From Octopus vulgaris (Eukaryota), in contig OX597839.1 in NCBI GenBank assembly GCA_951406725.2, forward strand, positions 22,816,001 to 22,880,000: a DNA stretch of 64,000 nt. Reading direction: 5' to 3'. Both the position numbers and the translations under genes were made by a program. The notes beneath the pieces are model-generated. The model was not told where the DNA came from and ran no database searches. It saw nothing but the letters and a program-made list of their open reading frames with translations. Shown here one piece after another: positions 38,911 through 53,289 of the stretch (position 1 is the stretch's first letter; every line of letters starts with the position of its first letter).

Positions 38911-39199
38911 TGATGTCACTGATACTGGTGTCACACAAAGAGCACCCAGTCCCCTTTGTGAAGTGGTTGGCATGTTAGGAAGGGCATCCGACTGCAGAAA
39001 TTATGCTAAAGCTGGCAGAGAGCAATCCACTGGTTCACTAGCCCTTGGTTAAACTGTCCAACACATGCCAGCATGGAAAACAGACGCTAAATGATGATGT
39101 GTGTTTGTGTATGAATACACACATACAGATAGATATGTATATGCATACACACACACACCACCTGTGTGTATAAAAATGTGAGAATATATGCATACATGT

Positions 39200-39845
39200 G
39201 TACACACACATGCACATACGCACACATGCACATACACACACATACACACACATGCACACACATGCACATACACACATGCACATACACACACACATGCACA
39301 TACACACACATACACACACACATGCACACACACATGCACATACACACACACATGCACATACACACACACAAGCACATACACACACACACATACACACACA
39401 TGCACATACACACACATGCATATACACACACATGCACATACACACACATGCACACACACATGCACATACACACACACAAGCACATACACACACATATACA
39501 TGCACACACACATACACATACACGCACATGCACATACACACACATGCACATACACACACATGCACATACACACACACATGCACATACACACACACATACA
39601 TGCACACACACATGCACATACACACACGTGCACACACACATGCACATACACATACACACACATGCACATACACACACATGCACATACACACATGCACATA
39701 CACAAACACACACATGCACATACACACACATGCACATACACACACATACATACATGCACATACACACACACATGCACATACACACACACATGCACATACA
39801 CACACATGCACATACACACACACATGCACATACACACACATACAC
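39200..39845. repeat. (CACACATGCACATA)-like satellite
   Basis: Directly visible; explains the long C/V/M and H/T ORFs. Confidence 0.95.
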
Positions 39846-40162
39846 GAACACGGTTTCTTTTCTCCGCGTTTTCCCTCCTTGCTTCCACAGGTGAAGCATT
39901 GCGCTACGTGAAGTGATCTTTAATGCTGTCTTTGTTATCCACTCAACAATGAAGTAGAGGGAGAGAGAGAGGGAGAGAAACAGAGAGAGAGACAGAGAGA
40001 GAAAGACAGAGAGAGAGAGACAGAGAGAGAGAGAGAGACTGTTATACATATTTCACGTCAGTTAGGCAACAAGAGTTATGAACCTTGCTCAAGAGTACAT
40101 CTTCACCACATTAGTTACAACCAATGAATTCATAGCCATGTGCTCACTACTCCACCACTCAC

Positions 40163-40210
<48 letters not shown>

Positions 40211-40496
40211 ACACACACAACAAAACACTATGTATGTGTGTGTGATATATACACAGATACATACACACATATACAATAAAAACTGTGTATGTGCATATCA
40301 GATGTATACATACACAGACACACACACACACACGTATATATACAACAAAATTACTGTATATGTGTGTGTGTGTGATATATATAATATACAACAGAACACT
40401 ATATATGTGTGATATGCACATATATATGTGCAAAAACACTGCATATATCTGTGATCCCTTTCTCTCTCTCTCTCACTTTCTATCTATCTATTTATG

Positions 40497-40533
<37 letters not shown>

Positions 40534-40538
<5 letters not shown>

Positions 40539-40848
40539 CGTGATCACTGTGACCGACCAGGCTATCAGATGTTCTACACATCGCTGGTCACAATGCACTT
40601 CACATTGTTTTAGCCTCCAAATGACGCCACCCCGCTGGCTAAGCGAGCAGGCCAACAGAAGAAAGAGTGAGAGAAAGTTGTGGCAAAAGAGTACAGCAGG
40701 GTTCACCATCACCACCCCCTGCCGGAGCCTCGTGGAGCTTTAGGTGTTTTCGCTCAATAAACATTCACAACGACCGGTCTGGGAATTGAAACCGCGATCC
40801 TACGACCGCGAGTCCGCTGCCCTAACCAATGGGCCATTGCGCCTCCAC
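40534..40848 (-). mobile_element. tRNA-derived SINE family D, full length
   Basis: GGAGGCGCAATGGCCCATTGGTTAGG (A box), GGTTTCAATTCCC (B box), CpG-rich; related fragment near 35110-35210. Confidence 0.85.
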
Positions 40849-40930
40849 ATATATATATATATATATATATACATTTATATACATACATATATATATATAT
40901 ATACATATACATACATATATATATATACAT

Positions 40931-40965
<35 letters not shown>

Positions 40966-40996
40966 CATTTACATACATACATACATACATACATAT

Positions 40997-41027
<31 letters not shown>

Positions 41028-41259
41028 AACTTTTATATACATACATATATACACACACATGCATACATACATACATACACAACAAAGCACTGTGTGTGTG
41101 TATGTGTGTGTGTCTGTATGTGTGTGTGAGTATGTGCATAACTCCTTTGCCCGCAAACTTCCCCTACCCCGACCCGTCTGTAGCAGCGTTATTAAAAGGG
41201 TCTGGGAAGTGTTGTGCAAACCTTATTGGGAGAAGTGGAAACTGAAAAGAAGCCCACTG

Positions 41260-41765
41260 AACCCAAATGGTACAGCCTTGTTCCACACATCCTATGTCTG
41301 GCTGGTTTTGGTGGAGAAACATGTGAACGGTGCATTCCTCTGTGGAATACTCAGTCACAAACATGTAGGAAATTCATTTGGTTAAACATCTGATTCCTGG
41401 CTGTTGGAATGGCCAGAGAGGAGAACCTCCCATAGCCGTGTGTTGAGAGGAATTCTTTGGGGCTGAAATATTTCATTTCTGGAAACATGGGCACTCCATT
41501 CATAATCCTTAAACAACCCTTACTCAGGGACCTTTTCAGCAGGATGGGCTACTCAACCTGAAGGACATCCTGACTGGGCCCCTACCTGCAAGGTCATGTG
41601 CTGTTTGTCTTGACACGAGCCCACCATGTCATGCACAGATGGTTGTGAGGCATGTACCTGATGTACCCTTATCAGACAGGTAGTCATGATGGGTATACTG
41701 GGCTTCATATATTTTACCTCACAGTCACTTTGATGGCATGTACTGTTCTCTCACTCAATAATAAT
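41260..41765 (-). mobile_element. Interspersed repeat abutting (TAA)n, possibly the 5' region of an R4/Dong-type LINE
   Basis: Partly repeated at 42101-42275; both copies end at TAA repeats; clade assignment is inference only. Confidence 0.4.
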
Positions 41766-41982
41766 GATGATGACGACGACGACGACGACAACAAGAAGAA
41801 GAAGAAGAAGAAGAAGAAGAAGAAGAATCCTTTCTTATTTTGGTACAAGGCCAGTAATTTTGTGGGGATGGGTTAAGTCAAGTATGTCGACCACAGTACT
41901 TCAACTAGAACTTCAGGACAGACAACAAAATACTGCTAAACATTTTACCCAACACAGTAACGATTCGGCCAGCTCACCACCC

Positions 41983-42027
<45 letters not shown>

Positions 42028-42039
42028 TGATCATAATAA

Positions 42040-42286
42040 TCTTTTCTACTCTAGGCACAAGGCCTGAAATTTGGGGGGAGGAAGCCAGTCGATTAGATTG
42101 ACCTGCAAGGTCATGCGCTGTTACCTTGACATGAACCCACCATGTCATGCACAGATGGTTGTGAGGCATGTACCTGATGTACCCTTATCAGACAGGTAGT
42201 GACATGATGGGTATACTGGGCTTTATAGCATTTTCCTCACAGTCACTTTGATGGCATGCAATTCTCTCACTGCCTTAATAATAATA

Positions 42287-42333
<47 letters not shown>

Positions 42334-42695
42334 AATAATAATGATAATAATAATAATAATAATTGACCCCAGTGTTTTACTGGTACTTAATGTATCGACC
42401 CTGAAAGGATGAAAGGCAAAGTCGACCTCAGCAGAATTTGAACTCAGAACATAAAGACAGGTGAAATACCTATTTCTGTACTACCCACAAGGGGCTAAAC
42501 ATAGAGGGGACAAACAAGGACAGACGAACGGATTAAGTCGATTACATCGACCCCAGTGCGTAACTGGTACTTAATTTATCGACCCCGAAAGGATGAAAGG
42601 CTAAGTTGACCTCGGCGGAATTTGAACTCAGAACGTAGCGACAGACGAAATACCGCTAAGCGTTTTGACCGGCGTGCTACCGTCTCTGCCAGCTC
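42040..42695 (-). mobile_element. Composite (dimeric) SINE family B interrupted by an insertion at 42104-42361
   Basis: Monomer 42467-42695 fused to a headless monomer (42362-42466 and 42040-42103). Confidence 0.8.
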
Positions 42696-43660
42696 ATTGC
42701 ATTATTATTGATAATAATGATTATAATAACGATTCTAATGAGTTGATTGTATAGAGATGTAGAGATGCACCCATTTCTCTCTAATGATGCAATTGTTTCG
42801 AGCACGCTGTCTGTCCTGTCCACCAGCCAACCAAACCGTTCTAGGAAACAGTCCAAAATTAATCTTGTTGTTGTTCTTCTTTTTTGTCTTATTATTATTA
42901 TCATTATTATTATTATTGCTGCTACTTAATTATCGAGAGCTTTATAATTGCCTTAATGATCTGTGGTTAGTGCTTCTTCACCAGTTTGCAATTTGTAGCA
43001 TTGGAAATGTAGGCCATCTTAGCTGCATATTTTATGTCTTGGCTAACAGTCACTTTGATGGTGGTGGTGGTGGTGGTGGTGGTTAGTCCAGGATATTAAT
43101 GATGGTGTTGGTGATGATGGTGGGGTGGGATTGGTCAATATGGAGAGGTGGTGGTGGTGGTGGTGTCGATTAGTCCTGGATATCAGAGTGATGGTGTTGA
43201 TAGCAGTGGAAGTGGTGACGGTGGTATTGGTTGATGTGGTGGTAGAAGCGATGGTGTGGGTGGTGGTATGGTGGTGGTGGTGGTGGTGGTGGTGGTAATA
43301 ATGCCATTGATTATGATTGCTGAGGGTGTTGTTCGATGTGCCTGCATGCGTGTGTGTGTGTGTGTGTGTGATGTTCTTGTTGTTTTGACCCTGGTTAGCC
43401 CTGATCAAACAGATCTATGATCAACAGCATTCCAGCCATGACCAACCCATCATTTTAGATTCCAGCCATGACCATCTCACCCTACTGTCTTAAAAATCAA
43501 TCACACATTGTTGAATGTAGTCCTACATCCACTGACAGATGAGGTGGTCATAACTGGCATGTCACTGGTTAGGGGCCTGCTCATTTCAGTGGCAATCTTC
43601 AACCCAGTTTATCTGTGCATCATAATAACTGCTTCTCTCTCTCTCTCTCTCTCTCTCTCT

Positions 43661-43915
43661 GAAGGCATGTGGCTTAGTGGTTAGGGGCATTCAAATCACA
43701 ATCACAAGGTCATGAGTTCAATTCCTGGCAACGTGCAAGGCACTTTATTTCATTTTGTTCCAGTTCCACTCACCTGGGAAAAATGAGTTGTACCTGGATT
43801 TCAAAGGACCAGACTTGTCACATTCTATGTCACACTGAATCTCCCTGAAAACTACATTAAGGGTATGCATGTCTGTGGTATACTCAGCCACTTGCACTTT
43901 AACTTCACAAGCAGA
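43661..43915 (+). mobile_element. tRNA-derived SINE family E
   Basis: GTGGCTTAGTGGTTAGG (A box), GAGTTCAATTCC (B box); related pieces at about 10085-10200 and 62240-62355. Confidence 0.75.
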
Positions 43916-44664
43916 ACCCCCATCATCGTAGTGGACAAAGTGCCATTCTCTCTGTCTCTGCATCTACATCAAAGTCTGTCTTTCCCTTAACACCTTTACC
44001 AAAATCAATCGATCGATCTATTGAACTGTATCTAGATTTCACTTTCAATAACTTAATTTACCAATTGTTTCCCACAACCACCATTCATCACTTCTTTTCG
44101 CTTCATTGATCTGCTACAAACGGCAACCAAATTGCGCTCAAACTGCACTTGAAAGAAGAAGATGGGATGGCCACAGACGGAATGCCTTTCATAATAATTC
44201 AGCTCATTTGGGATTAACGAAGGGTTTATCAACAACAATCTGAGTCTCTCACTCCCTCCTCTCTCCCTCCCTTTCTACTTCACTCCCTCCCACTTCCTCT
44301 CTCAATCCTTCCCTCTCATTCTTTCCCTCTATACCTCTCTCTTCTTTCTCTCTCTCCCCCTACTCTCTCTCTCTTTCCCCATCTACTTCTCTCCTTCTCA
44401 CTCCTTCCCTCTCTACCTCCCACTCTCCATCTCTACTCTCTCCATCCCACTCCCACTCTCCTCTCTCACTCTCTTTCTTCTCCTTCTCCCTCCCTCCTTC
44501 TCCGTCTACTTCTCTCCACTCCCACTCCCTCTATAACAAATCAATTCCATTTACTCCCACATTCACCAATCAACAATAGTACCCCCCCCCCAACAGCCCT
44601 TTTTTTATACTTGAGACTCATTTTAGGGCAAATAAAATACACAGAGTTGTCCCTTCATTTATAT

Positions 44665-44885
44665 CAGTGATTCTCAACAAGGGTCCACATGACCCTTTAA
44701 GGGGTCCGTATAAGATTTTGTCCATAAAATTTATCTGCAATAAATCTGTTATACTTCTCAAATACAAAATATTTTAACAATTTTTTTATGCAATTTTTAA
44801 TTATAAAAAATACAAAATTTTTTCGAACATCGAATGATTATGAGGGTCCAGCTAAGAAATAGGAATAAAAAGGGTCCATAGGTAC
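44665..44885. mobile_element. hAT (Charlie-like) MITE fragment
   Basis: Begins CAGTGATTCTCAAC with repeated GGGTCC subterminal motifs; right terminal repeat not found. Confidence 0.55.
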
Positions 44886-44920
44886 ATGGAACATCATGTA
44901 AAATGAAAGAGGGACATTTT

Positions 44921-45148
44921 AAAACCTTTTGATACCAAATTGCCTCTTGGATCTTTGAAACAAATTCTATTATTTATAGGGTTCTATATTAAAACCTTCC
45001 ATTAAAATTTCCATTTTAATGTATGTTCCAAAGACAAAATTAATAATGATGAAGTCATTTTACTAAATTCTTTGTTACTTTCAAAATTAATTTAAATGAA
45101 GGTAGTGTTTTTCAGCAGAAATATCAGAAATATGATAATGAAAGGGTC
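44921..45148. mobile_element. piggyBac-type MITE (family 1), diverged
   Basis: AACCTTTTGATACC ... TACTAAATTCTTTGTTA ... GAAAGGGTCA, similar to 37743-37962. Confidence 0.65.
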
Positions 45149-45187
45149 ACTGATATTATTACTGAAAAAGAACCCAAACAAAACTTG

Positions 45188-45424
45188 AAAAAGCACCATC
45201 CGTCCGTGGCTGTTTGCCAGCTCCGTCTGGCACCTGTGCGGGTGGCACATAAAAAGCACCCACTACACTCACGGAGTGGTTGGCGTTAGGAAGAGCATCC
45301 AGCCGTAGAAACACTGCCAGATCAGACTGGGCCTGATGCAGCCTTCTGGCTTCACAGACCCCAGTTGAACCGTCCAACCCATGCTAGCATGGAAAGCGGA
45401 TGCTAAATGATGATGATGATGATG
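45188..45424 (+). mobile_element. SINE family C
   Basis: GGTTGGCGTTAGGAAGAGCATCCAGCCGTAGAAAC...(GAT)n. Confidence 0.9.
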
Positions 45425-45530
<106 letters not shown>

Positions 45531-46229
45531 CGTTGATTAGAAATACCTTCTTTCCTCACAGATTAATATCAGGTAAGTTATATATATTCTTTCAACTAAT
45601 TTTACTCTACTTTATAGTAGGTTTTTTAACTGCTTATTTTATTGGATGTAATTTCCTATGTGTAGTCCATACAATAAGGTTACCCTAAAATAGGAGCTGT
45701 GGTTCTATTGGTAAAATCTCAAATTTGTAATAATATATATATATTTCATCGTGTTGAAATGTTAAACCCTACACATTTTTTCACTGTTTAATCCTTTCCT
45801 TTTAAAGAGCTTAGGCTCGAAACATAAAGGACCTTTTCATTTTTCCCGAGCGTCAAACTAATACACCTGCTTCTTGTTCCTACACCCGCCTTCGTTTTTT
45901 TGTTTTCTGTAAATTTGAACTATATATATACATATACACAAACACACACACACACATATATATACATATACACACACACATATATATATATGTGGGGGTG
46001 GGTACTGTTATAATATTTGGTTTTGCTTTCCCCATTTTTTCTCTTATGATATTATGTATGTTTTAAAGTTACTGAATATCTAGTGATTGTTCTGGCTTTG
46101 ATATTATAAAATTCTTTTTCCTTTCATTCTTTATAAAATATTTCAAAGAATTATTTCATTGCTAATCAACTGTTTTGCACTTTCAGCCAAACACTTAACG
46201 ATTTGAAGTTGATTTAATATATTGGTTTC

Positions 46230-46628
46230 AATTTCAAATCTCGACACAAGGCCAGCAATTTTGAGGAGGGAGGGTACAGTCAATTATATCGACCCCAGTA
46301 TTTCACTGGTACTTAATTTTATCAACCTCGAAAGGATGACAGGCAAAATGGACCTCGACGGAATCTGAAGTCAGAACATAAAGACAAACGACATACCTAT
46401 TTCTTTATTACCCACAAGGGGCTAAACACAGAGGGGACAAACAAGGACAGACATAGGTATTAAGTCGATTACATCGACCCCAGTGCGTAACTGGCACTTA
46501 ATTTATCGACCCCGAAAGGATGAAAGGCAAAGTCGACCGCGGCAGAGTTTGAACTCACAGCGTAATGGCAGACGAAATACCACTAAGCATTTCGCCCGGC
46601 GTGCTAACGTTTCTGCCAGCTCACCGCC
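46230..46628 (-). mobile_element. Composite (dimeric) SINE family B
   Basis: Monomer 46394-46628 fused to a headless monomer; same junction as at 42467. Confidence 0.85.
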
Positions 46629-46695
46629 TCAATTCCACCAAATAATGATAATAATAATGATAATAATAATGATAATAATAATGATAATAATAATG

Positions 46696-46726
<31 letters not shown>

Positions 46727-46805
46727 TGATAATAATGATAATAATAATGATAATAATAATAATAATAATGATGATAATAATAATAATGATGATGATAATA
46801 ATAGT

Positions 46806-46990
46806 AATCCTTTCTTCTAAAAGCACAAGGCCTGGAATTTGTGGGGAGGGGATTATTTGATTATATCAACCCCAGTGTTTCACTGGTACTTAATTTATCA
46901 ACCCTGAAAGGATGAAAGGCAAAGTCAAACCTCAACTGAATTTGAACTCAGAATGTAATGACAGGCAAAATACCGCTAATGATTCTACCA
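46806..46990 (-). mobile_element. SINE family B
   Basis: Central domain; its (TAA/TGA)n tail spans 46642-46805. Confidence 0.8.
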
Positions 46991-47414
46991 AATAATAATA
47001 AGAATAATTGAATGAAGAAAGGAGTCAAATGCATTATTATAATTTTAAAAAATGGTGTTTCTAAGTAATTAGAATTTTAAGCCTTCACTTTATATTGATT
47101 AGAGAAAATGATATAATATTAGGAAATAAAAACCCCACTAAACAGAAAAATGGGTTTTGGGGCGCATTGGAATTAATCATCTTATTTCTATATTTATATT
47201 TTCAGTTTATATTTTATGTGTAATTTATATTTTTTGGAAAAAGCATTCAGGCGTTGCCCAAAGTGCCTTGCAGTATTTGTTCTGGTCCTTTATGTTTTCT
47301 GTTCAAAATCTCACTAAGGTTGGCTTAGCCATTCATATTTTCAAGGGTTGATAAAATAAAGTACCAGTAATATACTGGAATTAACGTTCGCCTTGAGTTG
47401 AATTTAGAAGCAAT

Positions 47415-47598
47415 TACGCATTTTAATGTGTATAAAGAACCCTTTTTTCTCAAAAATTAGGTTTAAAAAATATGGGAGTTTTTTATACATGGATAGTATT
47501 ATAATCCCTTACAAAACCTTTCTTCCAAATTTTAAGTCCCAAAAATTAGGGGGTTCCTTATATACATGAGGGTTCCTTATACACGTTAAAATACAGTA
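47415..47598. mobile_element. Tc1/mariner-pogo-type MITE
   Basis: Imperfect terminal repeats TACGCATTTTAATGTGTATAAAGAACCC / GGGTTCCTTATACACGTTAAAATACAGTA with TA ends. Confidence 0.6.
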
Positions 47599-48288
47599 TA
47601 TTCATGGCACATCTGAGTCGATATTGCTGACATTAATGCGCTGTGCCACATTATGGCACAATATAGGAATTCTACAGTCTACAGTGCTGTAGATTCATCT
47701 ACAAAAAAACTAAATATTTCTGCAAAAAATTTCTTTCATCAGAATCCAACAAAAAAAATGACCTGCTTTGACCAAAGAAATATTATACTTTACATGTGGA
47801 ACTTGAGAAAAGACACCCAAAACCCTTAACTTAGAGAATGGCATGAAAATAACAAAAACAGAAAATAAAGAAAATGACAAAGAAATACTCGAGATGGCTG
47901 AGATTGAATGGAAAGAGTATTAAAAGGAAAAAGTTGATTAAACACAAAGGGAATATCTTAATTATTGATAACTAATTAAATAAATGATGTGGAAACAAAA
48001 ATAAATTCAATCAGCAATAATGATTTTATCGGAAGACTTGGAAGTTAAACCTGATAAAAGTTTTTCTTTTCTGTGCTTAATAATTATTTTGACTAATCTC
48101 TGATGGAAAAGGATTCCTGTGTGTTTCTAATTATGTTACAGACAATAATATACACCATGATAGCAGTTTACCATACATACATATATATATATATACATAC
48201 TGTAATGAGATATAATATGATTTATATCATACAGTATGTAAATGGACATAAAGTACACAAGGAGAATTTCTGATATACATACATACAT

Positions 48289-48355
<67 letters not shown>

Positions 48356-48465
48356 TGTATGTATATGTGTGTGTGTGTGTGTGTGTGTTTATATCTATAT
48401 ATATATGCATGTATTATATGTGTGTGTTTATATATATGTATATATATGTATAAATAAATAAATAA

Positions 48466-48554
<89 letters not shown>

Positions 48555-48818
48555 TGTATATATATAAGCATGATAACATAGAAAGACATACATATGTAAA
48601 TAATACTCTGTATATGCGCATTTATATATATATATAAATATATATGAAATTACAGATATATGCGTATATATTATATGTATATTCATATTACATTATTGTG
48701 TGTGTGTGTCCCCTTTTCATCTCTTATCTTCTTTTACTGGTTTCAGCCAGAGGCCGAGGCCATGCTGGAGCACTGCTTATATATATAAATATATATAAAT
48801 ATATATATATGCACACAC

Positions 48819-48914
<96 letters not shown>

Positions 48915-49138
48915 TAGATAGATCGATATGTGGGTTCAGGCATTGGTGTGCGGCAACAGAGTTCACATTGCAGTCACATGGCTTAGTGTTCAAGCCTGCT
49001 GTATGGAAGTTTGGGTGAGGGTTTCCTATTCTAGCATCAAGTTGGCCAATTCATTCTGAATGACTTCCAGTGGATGGAAACTGCGCACAAACTCATGCAT
49101 GAAAAGCTACACTCATATATTTATGTATGTATATGTGA

Positions 49139-49179
<41 letters not shown>

Positions 49180-49311
49180 GCACATTATATGTGTGTGTGC
49201 ATGTGTTTGTATATATATATATATATATATATACATATATTAGGTATACATTTTATATATTACGTATATTATACACAATATATATTATGTACATTACACA
49301 TGTATGTATGT

Positions 49312-49444
<133 letters not shown>

Positions 49445-49486
49445 GAGATAGATAGATAGATAGATAGATAGAGAGATAGATAGATA

Positions 49487-49522
<36 letters not shown>

Positions 49523-49711
49523 CATTCATTCATTGATAGATGTGTAGAAAGATAGATATATAAATATATAAGTAAATATACACACACACACGCACGCACA
49601 CACACACATGCTGAAGCTCGCATAAACTTGAACACATGTAGTCTCAAGTAAGACTGGCATAACGAATGGAAGAAAGAAAACAAAAGCGAAAGAGGTTTAA
49701 TTCGAACTTAC

Positions 49712-49833
49712 CTTCCATTTGAATACTTATTAACAGGGAACGAGAGGCAGGCTTTCCACCTCTGGTGTTTTCTTGGGGAAGCCATTAGTTGCTTATGTGT
49801 TTTGGGGCTCCGACCAAGATGTGAACCAAACAT
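49712..49833 (-). CDS. Probable first coding exon of a large minus-strand gene (MFGSHLGRSPKTHKQLMASPRKHQRWKACLSFPVNKYSNG+AG), phase 2
   Basis: ATG in GGCATG context, upstream in-frame TGA at 50008-50010, unique sequence, perfect donor AAG|GTAAGT at 49712/49711. Confidence 0.6.
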
Positions 49834-51400
49834 GCCGCTTTCGGTTGTTGCTGATACTGTGTGTGTGCGTAGGAGGTTAGCTCTGCAGGTGTGCGCAAGC
49901 GTGTGTGCGTATGCACATGTGACTCTCTTCAAATATGCAAGTGTGTGCACATTGTACGCATGTGAGTGTTTAAATGTATAGGCGTGTGTACATTGGTGTA
50001 GATCGACTCAGCACAAACAAACAAACAAGTCTGCAAGAATGGTTCGGCGGTTATCTCTGGTTCAGTTCCACGTTGAAATATACCCGACTGTATTCCCAGA
50101 AAGCAACAAATGATTGAAGAGATGCATGAATAAATGGTAGGAATAAGGGGAAAGGAGGGGAGGGGAGGGGAGCTGCAGAGTAGGTGGGGCGGGGGAGAGG
50201 AGGGTGTGCGGGTCGGAGTAGGGGGTGGGAGGTGGAGAGATTATTAGAGAAAACAATAACAACACAAATAAAACTGTGAGCAAAGAAACAATTTAATAAC
50301 GCAAACAACAACAACAACAACAATAATGATAAGGAAGATAAAGATTGGTGGTGGCGGTGGTGGTGATGAGAAGAAGAATTATAAAAATAATAATAGAAAT
50401 AATATTTGGAAAGTAAAACAGAAAAGAAGAGGAGAGAGAGAGAGGAAGGAGAGCAAGTGAAATTTGTATTGATTTTTCTTGCAACAATCGCAATAGTTCT
50501 GGTAGGAAAGGAAATGGTAAAGACAGCAGAGGGACCCTGACAAATGGAACTGTTGATATTCATGTGCTAAAAGTGTATATGGCATGTGTGAGGCAAAGTT
50601 TACAGTCGGTTTCCATTGATTCTGTGAAAGAATGTTGTGTTTGTGTGTCTGTGAATGTAAGGGAATGTGGCTCTGTGCAGCTTTTGACTGGAGTTAATAC
50701 GGAGTTTGCATGTCTCCCTCCGTGAGGAAAGCACGTGCTTGTATTTGCGCCTGCCGGTGTCACTTCGGAAGATTCCGTATATGCACTGCCTTCTACAGCA
50801 GCACCAGTTCCACCGCCGCCGTCGCCACCGCCGCCACCAGCTGCTCAATCAATGTGCAGTGTTGTGTAGCAAGCAGATAGCTCAGATGAGGGAACTTGCA
50901 GTGCTGCTGCCGTTGCTGCTGCTGGAAGCAACATGGTGCCGGGCTAGGAATGGGTACATCCTCCTTCGCCGCCGCCCCTCTCTTTGGGAAAAACAGCAAT
51001 GCCTAATCTGCCGCTACTTAAGAGACACGTTCGGTTGAAATCCTTCGAAAGACTCGTTGACCATTAAGATAAACGGTTTGGCAGCGGCAGCATCAGCAGA
51101 GAGAATGGAATAGCAGCAGAGACGCTAGTTGTTGCTGCAGCAGCAGATGCAGCAGTAAATAGCAGCACACAACAACAAGAGCAACAAGAACAACAACTGG
51201 GAATGCAACAACTCGAAATGATTATGAAATGATTAAAGAGAATCGCCCTCCCACCCCCCACACACCTGCTGTTTTCCATTAACATTCAACAACAACTAAC
51301 CCCACCCCCACCCCTCCCTTTCCCTCTCTCGGCCCCTCCCCTCCACCATTCTACGCTCTTTTGTCTCAGTGCGGCATTATCAGTAAAGTAAAGGCCTAGG
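49834..51400 (-). promoter_or_regulatory. Putative 5' UTR/promoter region: GC- and CpG-enriched, no interspersed repeats recognised, upstream ORFs
   Basis: About 1.5 kb without SINEs, with CCG/CAG triplets, directly upstream of the 49833 exon; transcription start not identifiable. Confidence 0.4.
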
Positions 51401-51557
51401 ATTCCACTGTGGTGTGTATATATGCATATAATTAAATATGGGTGTGCGTGGGGGTGTGGCCATGAGTATACAAACACACACAAACATACACTCACATGAC
51501 TAATACACACACATATGCATATATATATATATATATACATACATATAAACGTGTTTG

Positions 51558-51597
<40 letters not shown>

Positions 51598-51719
51598 TAT
51601 ATGTACACAAACAAATATATATGCATATATATATGTATGTATATATACGTATATATATTTATATATATATATATATATACGTATGTATGTATATATATGT
51701 ATATATATATATGTATATG

Positions 51720-51801
<82 letters not shown>

Positions 51802-52521
51802 ACTACATATATATACTTACATATCTACATATATATACAAACACATATGCAGAATACATACACATATATAACTTTATATACATACATATATATATATACG
51901 TACATACACACAAATACATATGTATATGTATTTGTGTGTATGTATGTATACACACACACATGTATACATATACATTACATATGCATATTTATGAATTTGT
52001 GATACGCACATACACACAGATATATATACATATATTAATTTGTAAACTTTGAGAGAGTGTAAAATAATTCTTTGGAACATTGGATCTTGAAGCAAATAAA
52101 GCTATCAGTAACAGTATGTAGGAAATCTTGGAGGCAATGCCTGGAACTCAAACTCACATATCCTTTACACACACACATACATATATGTAAACACATACAC
52201 ACACACACACATATAAGAACAAGTAACATGTGAAACAATGATGATGCTGATGATGACGATGCTGATGATAATGAGGGGGATTATGACAATGATGATGATT
52301 GTGGTGGTGGTGATGATGATGATGATGATGATGATGATATATCCACGCGCATAATTATATTCACATGTGTGTTCACACTCAGATATGAATATATGTGCAT
52401 GTATGTACACATATATACATACATACATACATACATACGTACACACATTCATACATATATATATATATACTTACATATACATGTGTGTGCATATATATAT
52501 ATATGAATGTGTGTACGTATA

Positions 52522-52552
<31 letters not shown>

Positions 52553-52553
52553 G

Positions 52554-52597
<44 letters not shown>

Positions 52598-53211
52598 GCT
52601 TTGATGCATATCTAAAAATTAATATGACATAAAAAGAAAACATATAAATATAAAACTTAGAAGTACTTTTTCCGTGACCTCTACTTGGAACTGAACACAG
52701 AACCATTTATTTCAACTGGTGACTGCTGGATCTGCTACTGTAACACACACACACACACAAGCACACACCCCGCCCCACTCGCCCACCCATGTTCCCTCAT
52801 TGATCGCATTGTTGAGTATCTCTGGTCATCTGTGGTCCGTTTTACATGAAAAGACATCAGATTCAATGAATGCCTGTTCGATCACTATTGATGACTACAG
52901 CAGCCAATAATTGAGATTGAATCATCTGCTTCTTATTTTATAGATATTTCCTTGTTTTCTCCTGACATATTTTCATTGCTACATTGAGCAGCTAAAGTGA
53001 CTGGCCACAGCCTTTTCATCTCTCTCTCTCTCTCTCTTTCTATATTCATTACATCCACACTCATACACTTAAACATACAGAAAGGCATATACACTACAAT
53101 TCTCTCTCTCCCTATACATATACACACATATATGTATATATAATTTAATTGACACAAAAGTTACAAAAATGACTCAAGAACTAAAAGCTTTGTTTGTGAT
53201 ATGCTACCAAG

Positions 53212-53244
<33 letters not shown>

Positions 53245-53289
53245 TCTCTCTCTCTCTCTCACTCTCTCTTTATATTCATGTATATCTCA

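Noticed and set aside
50037-50082. TATA-like TATATTT plus CCATTC initiator on the minus strand
   Set aside because: Spacing of about 42 nt is too long and the motifs are too common.
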